Below, piece after piece: positions 22,411-33,000 of a stretch of 33,000 nucleotides of DNA; position 1 is the stretch's first letter, and every line of letters starts with the position of its first letter. The notes under the pieces were generated by a model, which worked only from the letters and a program-made list of their open reading frames with translations, was not told where the DNA came from and searched no databases. The DNA is from Antechinus flavipes. Its lineage: Eukaryota. A program made the translations under genes and the position numbers. The DNA is taken from contig NC_067404.1 of the NCBI RefSeq assembly GCF_016432865.1, positions 31,961,001 to 31,994,000 of the forward strand, in the 5' to 3' direction.

Positions 22411-24053
22411 ACTCTAGACCTATGAGTCTGGGTATGATTTAGGGCAAGTACTTTGCCCTCTCTGGGTCTTAGTTTCCCTTGCTTGGAGAATGGGAGGGCT
22501 GTACTCAATCACCTTCCAATGCAGAGATTCAGCAAGAGGGAGGCAGCAGCTATTCTGTCCTTACTCTCTCCTTTCCCAACCCCCAGCACTGAGCGCTGTG
22601 AATAATGGGAAAATGTGACCTTCACTGAATGGCTGTGGCAGGGCCAATAAATCTTTAACCGCTGCAGTGTTTAACATAATGTCTGGTCTCTAGAGTTTCT
22701 CAACGCTCCCCCCCCCCCCCTTAGCATGTGAAACAGGATATAGGTTTTGCTTTGTAGAATTTTGGCCTTGTAAATGCTAGCCTTCCTCACCCAGAAGAAT
22801 GGAAATGAATCAATACTGCTTCCTACAGAACAGACACATCCACACATACATTTATAGCTACTTAACTAATAATGAATACGCAGAGTCTCGTTAGTATCTT
22901 GGGGTTCGGGGAAGTTTATTTCCTTCTCCCTTATGGTATCTCAATTAGCACTCCACATGTAAAATCCCAGGAAGGAAAAGCCCAGGAGCTTTTTTCTGCA
23001 AGGCCTTGCCTTGCCTCCCCGCTCAAAAGAGCAACCCGGGGTTACCCTCCTGACATCTGCCAGATAACTGGCATGCATCCCAGAAGTGTTTGTTCATCCT
23101 TGCTTTTTTTGCTTTTACCCCTAAAACCAGCCAGTCTCCCCCTCTTTTCATAATAACCTCATAGATTAAGTGTTGTTCTGGACTCAGACAACCCCGTAGA
23201 ACCTGGAATCATAGATAAGATCCTCCACATCCCCTTTGTAGCCAGCTTTGAGTAACTCAGGGAACATCACAGTCTCATCTCTCTCAATCAATAATTTTAC
23301 TCAAAAACCCTGACACAATGATCTAAAAGTCGAGGTAGCTCCTCATCAATAGCCATGCTAGAACACCTAACGGGAGCTAATACACATCATGTTATATTAT
23401 ATTATATTATGTTCTATTAGTTATGTTCATTATATTATATTATATATTAACACACATCAGAGTTGGGATTTTTCCTGCAGGAAAAAAAAAGGAAGGTAGG
23501 AGGCAATCTTGAGAGATGCTAGACCGCCACCCCTACTCGAATGTGTCGTTGAAGGACTGAAGCGGCCCAGTCTCCTCTCCAGCCCTCCTGAGGTCTCAGT
23601 TGGCTGTACAGAATATCCTCTAATAAATCTCTGGACATATAAGTCTTGGCGTGAGTTTCCTTTTCCCCTTCCTAGTGCGTCACAGGGTCATCACATACTC
23701 ATGTATTTGGAGAAGAATTTGCTGCCAAATGAAAGAAATGAAACTGAGCAAATCTTAATTTTGAAACTCCAGCTCAAAGGCTGCTCATTCCAATAGCTGG
23801 AGTGATACTCTGTTTCAATGGGCCTTTTCCGGTCCAGCCTGCAAGGCTGGGCAAAGGCAACTGGAGCATGGGGAGTCCTGTCTTTCAGACTGAGTTCGGG
23901 AACTCACAGGTCAGCACAGACTAGGCTGAGGACGTAAACCTGATGGGAAGAAATCCCTTCAAGCAAAGGGCTAGATGGTTACTTTTTTAGAATGTTGCAG
24001 AAGGGATTTTTGGATTGCAATGGAAGACCTACAAGATCCTAACTCCCAGATCC

Positions 24054-24744
24054 TGTTGATGAGGTCCTGAACGGTGTGTTGGACAGAAAGAAACTAAAGA
24101 ATTGATCCCTGAGGCAAGGAGGGATAGAAATCAGTTTAGCTTCATGATCTCACTCTCTGGGGAGGTTGTCCAGTCTGAAATTCAAATTATGTCAAACCCC
24201 TGAGACTCACCCCCTGTAGAAGTCTCCAGCAGCCTCAGCTTGCCCTGTCCAAAATGCCAGGCATGTCCCTGAGGTTCAATTTTCCCCATAAAATCTACTT
24301 ATGGGCCATCCTATGGCTGCTGCCTTCCTTCGGGTCAGTCCACCATGGCACTCTGCCTTGTGGTGTCTTTCCCCTTCCCTTCCCCCCTCCTCCCCCGTGC
24401 TACATGGTCTCTCTCCTAACTCTACTATGCTTCCCAACTCCACTTCTCTTTACAGCTAACTGACTCTTTAACTCAAGATTTAACCTGCCAGCTAAGGACA
24501 TGCCCCAGCCTCATGGGGTGTTCTTTCTACTGGGTAACTGTGAGTTCCACCAGGGAACTTGTCTTTCATATGCTCTCCCAACTCTATTTCATATTTACCA
24601 TTACCCGTGTCTATTGTATCCCTTCATTTTGTCTGAAACCTCTTCCCTAAATAAATCTACCTTTTGCCAAAGAGAACGGACATTGTGAATTCTTCACATG
24701 ACCGAACCCCAACTTTTGCTGCCCGCCATCATCTGGTGTCTACA
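24054..24744 (+). mobile_element. Probable ERV solo LTR, antisense to MID2
   Basis: TG...CA boundaries (tgttgatg...gtgtctaca), AATAAA at 24650-24655 followed by a U5-like segment, and a C-rich U3-like region. No TSD could be confirmed and the 5' boundary is uncertain. Confidence 0.45.
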
Positions 24745-24964
24745 GACATCGTTGTGATCTAGTTTCTTGGTTCTCTTCCTCTCTCTCTGACCATTCCTTC
24801 TCTGTTTCCTTCAGTGGATCCTCTTCCTCTGTTTACCCCCTATGATTATTCACCAAGGCTCTGTCCTAGGCCCTCTTCTCTTCCTTCATTAAACTATTTT
24901 CTTTGGCAGTGTCACCTAATTTCTATGGCTTCAATTATAACTTCTATGCATCTGGGATTCTTAG

Positions 24965-25235
24965 AGGCAGGTAGGTGGTGCCCCAGTGATTAGAGCACTG
25001 AGATTGAAGTCACTAAGGAAGACCTGAGTTCTACACCTGTCTCAGACATTTGCTGGCTATATGACTCCAGGCAAATCACTTAACCTCACTGGACTCAGTT
25101 TACTTAACTATAAAACTGGAATAATAACAGAATTTACTTCCCAGAGTTGTTATGAGAATCAAATGAGATTATATTTATAAAGTACTTAGCATAGTGCCTA
25201 GCATATAGTAAGTGCTTAATAAATGCTTGATTCCT
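24965..25235 (+). mobile_element. MIR-type CORE-SINE
   Basis: gaagacctgagttc...ggcaaatcacttaacctcactggactcagtttac...tgttatgagaatcaaatgagat...agcatagtgcctagcatatagtaagtgcttaataaatgct. Confidence 0.8.
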
Positions 25236-25389
25236 TTCTTCCTCATTGAGGTACAGTTTTGCATTTTTACTTGTCCAGTGTACATCTCCATCTGACAGAT
25301 GGGTAATGACATCAAACTCAACATGCCCCCAAATGACCTCCTCCTCCTCCTCTTTGTCAAAGCTGCTCATATATATATGTATGTATATA

Positions 25390-25520
25390 TGTATGCTAAG
25401 GCGGTGACTTGCCCAGAGTCACAGAAGTAGGAAGTGTTAAGTGTCTAAGGCCAGATTTGAACTCAGATCCTCCTGACTTCAGGGCTGGTGTTCTATCCAC
25501 TGCACCACCTAGCTGTCCCT
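25390..25520 (-). mobile_element. CORE-SINE head fragment
   Basis: gtgacttgcccagagtcacag...ggccagatttgaactcagatcctcctgacttcagggctggtgttctatccactgcaccacctagctg. Confidence 0.75.
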
Positions 25521-25524
25521 AAAA

Positions 25525-25675
25525 TAGAATGTTGATAAGCATATTTAAATGTATTTGATTTTCCTTATGATACTACAACTTTTATTTTATGCACTTTAAA
25601 ATGTTATTCTGAGAAGGGGTCTAAGGGTCTCACCTTAGGACACAGGAACACAAAAGAAAGTCAAAAAATCTCTGC
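25525..25675. mobile_element. Old hAT-Charlie MITE fragment
   Basis: ttttattttatgcactttaaaatgttattctgagaaggggtc...acacaaaagaaagtcaaaaaatctctg resembles MER-type hAT ends. Confidence 0.5.
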
Positions 25676-25989
25676 TCTAGTCCTATCTTCATCAATCTTT
25701 GCTCTGAATCCAGCTGCCATCACTTTCTCCCCAAAGTATGCTTTGATTCAGCACATACACTATTAACTAGATGACAACTACCCACTTCTGGTGATTAAAA
25801 TACAAATAACCCTGCCAGAAAGAACCTAGAAAGCTCTGTTTAAAATGATTAAGACTTTGGCAAGAAGACATTAAGGGCACAGGTGGTGTTTTCATCACTG
25901 CTGCTGATTGAAAGCAGGGGCTCCAGAAAAGACGAATTTAGAAAAGGAACATTTGGTTAAAAAGAGGTTGTTTTAGAACAAGATTTGGC

Positions 25990-26320
25990 TGACCAGATGG
26001 CCTTCATCAAGTATTTCAAGGACTGTCATATGGAGGAGGGATTAGACTTGTTCTGTTTGATTCCAGAGGAAAGAATCTAGGAGAATGGGTAGAAGCGACA
26101 AGGAGTCAAACTGATGTTGGGGAAAACCTCCCAGCAATTTGAACTGTTCTAAAATGGGACAATGTGTCTTGAGAGGTGGTGGGTTTCCCTTCACTGGAAG
26201 TCTTCAGGCAATGGCTGAATAACCATTTGTTTGGAAAGTTGTAGAAGGGATCCTTGTTCAGGTACAAGTTTAACTAGATGGGCCCTACGGTCCCTACCAA
26301 CTCTTAGATTCTATAATCTT
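25990..26320 (+). mobile_element. L3/CR1 LINE 3' end
   Basis: ggactgtcatatggaggagggattagacttgttctgtt...gtttcccttcactggaagtcttcaggca...ggtccctaccaactcttagattctat. Confidence 0.75.
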
Positions 26321-26879
26321 ACAGATTTTCATAACAATCTTAAGAAGCAAGGTCGGTATTCTATACCCATTTTACAGAGGACGAATCTAAATCCCACAGA
26401 GAGAAAGCTACTTGTTCAAGGTCACATAGTATGGTAATACATAACAGAGCTGGGAGTACAACTCCTGACTTAGGATCCTAGAGCTGAAAGGGACCTCAGA
26501 GGCCATCAAGTCCAACAAAACTGAGGTCCTTGGAGGGAAAATGATGTGCCCAGATTCACACAGGTAGTGAACATCAGAGGCAGGATTCTTAACTTGATGT
26601 TAACCAGGCCCTGGGAGTCCAAATTCAGGGTACTATGCTGCCATCTGGTGCACTGCTTACATAACATGTTTGTTCTTAAAGTTGAGAAAAAGCTGGAAAA
26701 TGTTTTCTAAAGTAGCTTTTATAACATTCTTATAACCTTGTCCTCCTCTGCCCTAACGAAGGGCCTTTTATTATTTTGCTTCTAGGATATACTGCTATGG
26801 CATCAACTATTATTCCCACACTGCCAGGACAATGAGGACATAGAGAGATGAAGCAAGGAGCATCTTCAAGAACTACTCA

Positions 26880-27170
<291 letters not shown>

Positions 27171-27729
27171 TCAGGTTGCTTCATTCTTTGAGGTTAATGA
27201 GTTGACTACATACATGATATTACTGGCAACATCTCTCGTATTATTATCCTCATTTTATAGATAATGAAACTATAATTCAAGTAAAGTGACCCAGCAAGGT
27301 ACCAGGAGTAAGATTCATGGGTTCATCAATTTCGAGCTAGAAGAGATCTCAAAGGTCATCAGGCACGATCTCTTTATTTTACAGATGAGCAAACTGAGGT
27401 CCAAAGCCATACTAACAGACTACCCAAGGTAACACAGCTAGTATCAGGGGTGAGATTCAAATTTAGACCTCTACTCACTCCAGACTCAAAGCTTTTTCCA
27501 ATTATATCATCTTGTTTTATTAAGCGCATACGTTGGCCATTTTTTTGGATTGCTAAGTTATTTTACGAGAGTAGGCCAGATGTGCGTGCCTACTATTTGC
27601 TTGTACTGGCTGGGGGTACAGATACAAAGAATGAAATAATTCCTACTCTCAGAGAGTTTATATTCATTAAAACAGAGCACTAGACACACCCTAATGAACT
27701 TCATGGACCACTATATTTACATATAGTTG

Positions 27730-27900
27730 TTGTGAGAGGCAGCCTGATATAAGGGATAGAGAGTTGGCCTTGGACTCAGGAAGATGTACGTTCACATTTC
27801 CCCTCTGACACATACTGGCTAAGTAGTCCTGAGCAAGTCATCTAACTTCTCCTAGGGTACCACAAACAGCTCTTTAAGATTTGAGAAGTTGCAGAGCTGG
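27730..27900 (+). mobile_element. CORE-SINE fragment
   Basis: ggatagagagttggccttggactcaggaaga...ctctgacacatactggct...gagcaagtcatctaac. Confidence 0.6.
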
Positions 27901-28466
27901 GGCCAGCCTCCACTGATAGAGGGACTTGCCTCAGTGGCGATCTCCTTGCACCACTGAAATCATAGATCCAGACATCCCCTCAAAAATACCCCCCCAAGAA
28001 AATAAAAAGACCCCCCCCAATAACTTGTAATAGCAAGTACATTGCTAAGAAAATCACATTGCCAGTCTTCGAGAGCTAAAGACGAAAAAACAGGTGACGA
28101 CTGGCTTCTCAATACTGAATTGACAGATGAAAAAAGAAAGGGAAGAGGGAGGTACCACATTCCTACCTTTAGCTCTTGCTTTAGTATTTCTTAAATTTTG
28201 TTTATCCTGCATTATTTTGGATTGGGATACAGCTGGGTATTTTGGTGAGAGGGAAGAGAGACTGGACTTTTTCGGGTAGGAAAAAAATGAGGGTAGTTGA
28301 AATGTTAAATGCTGCTTACTGGTAGAACAAAAGAACTTAGAACTCAGGTACTGATCAATTTTCCTCTCAGCCTCTCCACCTGACGCTACCTTCCCATCTA
28401 CAGGGCAAACAGCCTTGTAATCAGGCGGTTTGTTAGCGAGAACGACCCCACGATGACTGAGGATCA

Positions 28467-28748
<282 letters not shown>

Positions 28749-31700
28749 TCACAAGCCTGCAGATGGTTCTGGGAGCTCAGTTTTCCCCTCTGCTTTCTAG
28801 AAGGCCCAACGAGAAGAACATCCCCCTGGGTATTCCTTTTTTATCCCCTGGAATCTGGGCTGTGGCAGACTCCTTGCTGCAAACACCCAATGCAACTGCT
28901 AGAAAGTTTTGTGGCCTAAACGCTAGTTTCACAAGTGTTCACCCAAGAATACATGAGGGGTCACTCTCCAGGAGGTTGAATCAGCATTGTGTCCTAGGCC
29001 TCCAGCTCCGGGACATAGTTACATCCCATTTGGAAGTTGTGGGGATGAGGCCACGTGCAGGTGGAGTAGCCCTGTCTAGGCACTCTGTGGAAAAGCCCAA
29101 AGCATTAGGGTATGGAAGGAATCGTGAAGGTCCCCAAGACCAACCTTCCTAGTTTTACAGCAGAGAAAACTGAGGCCCGAGAAAGCCAGATGCCTTGCCC
29201 AACGTCACAAAGCTGGGACTAGAACTCAGATCTTTTGACTTTCTGCTCTTATCACAAGTCTATTGTGGCTGTGCCAATTTATGGAGGGCCAGCCACTCTT
29301 TGAGGTTGGAGAAAGCTAGTTGTCTCCAAGATATATTTCCCTCCCACTACGTCTTTATTCCTACCTGCTTGGATAGGTGGACTCCAGGATAGGTACGGTA
29401 GGAAAACCCAAGAGTTGGTCCAATTCCATGCCAATATGCCAATTTCTCCTCCCCCCCATTTTAGCTTTGTGCCCTTCCTCTACTGGACCCGAGTCCCATT
29501 TAGGGTTGTGTACCCCAGAAAGCCAGAGCCAGCCTCTGAGCTTATGGGAAAGCTTATGAGAAAATTTAGACCGGCTGAGCTAATAGAATAATAACAACAA
29601 CACAGAGACAGACTTTTGGAAAATGCATCTAATTGAAAAAATGTGAAAAATAAATAAGTGCTTATTGAATTGAATTAGGAAAAAAAGGAAAGAAAAGAAA
29701 ACACATGTGCAGTTAAGTTTCAGAGAGCCAGGGACTGATTTTTTACTTTGAATGGGAACTGACCAAGGGAACCCCTCATCAGTTTCACGAGTCTCTACCT
29801 ACAATCACAGTCTTTGGGGGGCCCTGGGTGATGGTTGACAGCATATTATTCAGAAGAACAATACAAAATAGCTTTCCGGGCCTGTGTGGCTTCCTTCTAC
29901 AATATCAGCGATTGTGGAAAAGTCAGACAGAGTATGCTAAAAAGGGCACCATTCTATAAGCACTAGCAGAGGTGCTTCGAGCCCCTTGCTGAGAACATAT
30001 AGAGAAGTCCTCTAATTGGTTCCCAGCAACCAGGACTGCCTTCTGCCTGAGTTGGGAAGATAGATTGATGAAAGATGCTGCCCCCTCTGCAGTCCCTAAA
30101 ATCAAGCTGAGAAATAGCCACCCCCTTTAATCCCTTTTCTCTTTGTATGTTCTTTTCCCCTCAGATTCTAAACTGGAGAATGAGTAGAGAATGGCCTCTG
30201 CTACCCAATACCCACAAGAAAATGGTGATTTACAGAAGAAGCAGATGGTGTCGGCCTATGACTGGAAGCAGTTCTCCATCGCTTTCTTCTGCTCTTCATT
30301 GGTCAGAGATTAAAGATATCGAGGATGTGGCTAGCCTTTGGGAGTATGCCTCATGGGTAATCGCGAGTTCAAGACAACCAGGAAGAGGACAATGCTTGGA
30401 CCTTCTTTGTTCCCATGACACAAGTCATGAAAAGGGAGATTTCCTTAATAGCCTGTTTCTCCGAAGCGAAGAAGACCACCAAAGCCAGAGCAGATCTAGA
30501 TCTCGGCACCCTTCCACGAGAGTGCTGTCAATTGCTTAGATGGTGCAAGTACGAGATGAAGGAATGATATTTGTTCAAGTAGTTCCACAAAGGATCCCGA
30601 CCTTCCAGGAATAATCTAATGAACTATTGGGATGTTTGCTGTTTTCTATATTTGTTCTTCAAACTTTTTTGAACTACTTTGAACAAGGAAAACTTGTCTC
30701 ATACCTCTGTAGGAGAGGAGCCTGCTACTCAGACATGGGGAAATCTTAGATAGGAACCATCCCTAAACTGTGTTCTAGAGACTTCAGTGTAGTTTTACTC
30801 TGGGGGATTCCCAGGACTTAACCCTTTCAATGTGGGCTCAAAGGGCCTAGGATCTGGAGTATATTTCAGGAGTTCAGTGCTTAATGCCTTTTTGGGATGG
30901 ACCATATATCCCTGAGGTTAATCTGAGTTTGACTTTTGAGTTAGCCTTCTGTCTCTAATGTGTGGTGGATCCAGACCTCCATGGCTCAACACATTTCATT
31001 TCCTTCCCTTCCCTTCCCTTTCTAGTACCTGGCACACAGTAAGTGCTTAATAAATGTTCTCATTTATGCACACACACATATGTATGTATTATAGCTCTCT
31101 TATATTCTCACACACAACTGGATTGCCTCTAGGGATCCACTAAAGAAATTTTGTTTGGAACCATCCTGGGCTTCCTGATATGCTTATAGAGACCCAGTGG
31201 AGGAAGTTTCATCTGGGACAGTTTAATTTCTTTAAGTGAGTTTATTTCCAATCATCCCCAGATCCTCCCTCCACCCCCAGGCCCTGTTTGGAGAACTATT
31301 TGTTCCTTGGGAACTCATCTGGAGATTACCCTTTCCTTTCCAATGGGGTTAGAGCTCCAAAGCTTGTTTTCCCCTTTATTGAAAGAGTGAGTGCATGAGT
31401 GTGTGAGTGCATGTGCATGTGCGTGTGCGTGTGTGTTTGTGTAAGTGAAGGGAAGTTGGGCATTTGTTTTCTTTTTAAATTCTTTTGCATCAGGACAAGC
31501 CCCTAAGAAGCGCCAAGGCAAAGCAAAATATTGTTTGCTTGTAGAACATGTAGGGCTATATTTGAAAGGTGAGTATAACTTCCAGGTCCACAAAGGCCAA
31601 GCTACTAACAAAATATGATGGGCCGTGTCTAACATCTGCACCCGCCTTCCACAATCAAGAGGCAATCAAGAACTAGATTGTGGATTTTGACTAGGTTCCT

Positions 31701-32779
31701 TAGCAGAAGTCCCTAGGGGAAACAACCAGGAAGAGGACCATGCTTGGACCTTCTTTGTTCCCATGAGAAATTTTAAGAACTGGAGATATTACCAATGAGT
31801 TCAAAAGCTCTCCAGTTTAAATTATTGGCCACCAAACAGTGAAGCAAAGAAGGTATGATGAAAGTTGTCTCTGGTCAGTCTGATGAGTTTCTCCATCCTC
31901 CCCACACCAGTTGATTTGATGTGATTGCATAGGTGGGCCTTTGTTGGAACGTGGCACCTCCCGCGTTCTTAGTGCCTTGCTGAAAGGACACAGGGAACTA
32001 CTCTGATTGATTACCAATGAATGAGGTTGCTTCCTGTTTACTTGTCGACTGAGACTCGGGAAGATAGACTTAGGTTGGAAGAACTAGACCTTTGGTGATT
32101 TTTAAAAGCAAGCTGGAAAATGGCCCACTCTTTCACTTTGCTCTATTTTAATGTGTTATTTCTCTTTTGGACTTCCTGACCCGAGTGCAGAAAAGGACGA
32201 AAGGGGATTGTCTCCTCTTCCCACCCCAATGCTTGATCGGGCAAATTTTAGACAGGAGTTTCTGTACCTTCAGTACCTGGATGCCGCCCTTTTAGCTTTC
32301 TGTTTCCTTTTCTGGGCACAGATCAGAGAAAAGTGATCAGGGGATCCTGGGGTGGGGATCTCAAGAGTTCTTGAGTTGTACATCAATCACCCACAAGGAG
32401 AAGCTGTGCTTCTCGGAGAAGAGGAACTATGTCTAATCCAAAGGATTTGGCAGCGCTACAATTGGTAGGGCAAATGATCTGGGGCTTCCCAACGTTCTCT
32501 GAGATTGTTGTAAGTGGCTCAGAGAGAAAAGGCTGAGGTGAATGGGAAGTCTTTATTTAGTAGTCCCATAGCTTCCCAGGTTTCTAACATAACTGTGGGA
32601 CCATCATGTTATGAGTTTTCTGTGACTGGTGAAGTAACTGCTGTCCTATCCTGCCATTCACCTATGAGGAAGTCCTAGAGATGAGCTATACCTAAACTAT
32701 TTTAGAAACTTCTGTGGTGTTTTTCTCTGGGATGGAAATGGTGGCAGTGATGGCGGCGGCGGCAGCAGAAGCAACAGCA

Positions 32780-33000
32780 TCGTTAACATTTATACAGCAC
32801 TTAAAATGTGCCAGGCACTGTACTAATGCTTTACAATTATTATCTCACTTGAAACCCAGAACAATCTCCAAAGGTTAGGTGCTATTATTATCCCCATTTT
32901 ACAAATGAGGAACCTGGGGCAAACAAAAGTTAAGTGACTTTCCCAGGATCACCCAGAACCCAGATAGTAAGTGCTTGAGGTTGGATTTGAATTCAGGTCT
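32780..33000 (-). mobile_element. MIR-type CORE-SINE
   Basis: gtgccaggcactgtactaatgctttacaattattatctca...ggtgctattattatccccattttacaaatgaggaac...aagtgactttcccaggatcac...ggatttgaattcaggtct. Confidence 0.85.

Noticed and set aside
31778-31817. 9-bp inverted repeat aactggaga/tctccagtt with a 22-nt loop
   Set aside because: A stem of this length is expected by chance in 33 kb.

Overview
Eukaryotic, repeat-rich mammalian DNA, most likely a marsupial: it carries Mar1/MIR-type CORE-SINEs, an RTE-tailed SINE, L2 and L3 fragments, and an L1 3' end resembling dasyurid L1s. The one confidently identified gene is the 3' end of MID2 (TRIM1). Three minus-strand coding exons (28496-28657, 26881-27088, 21450-21852) have canonical GT-AG sites and matching phases and encode the distal FN3 half, PRY and SPRY domains; upstream exons were not found in the window. 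Downstream of MID2 there is a degraded fragment of the SNF2-family ATPase ERCC6L/PICH (about 6719-7230, + strand). The rest is LINEs, SINEs, hAT MITEs, a probable solo LTR, purine/pyrimidine-asymmetric tandem arrays, several motif-rich unique blocks and two assembly gaps. Most ORFs in the supplied track are repeat- or gap-derived artefacts. I found no convincing evidence of a novel biological system; the findings are mostly modest leads. Repeat family names are from recall, not a database search, and their boundaries are approximate.
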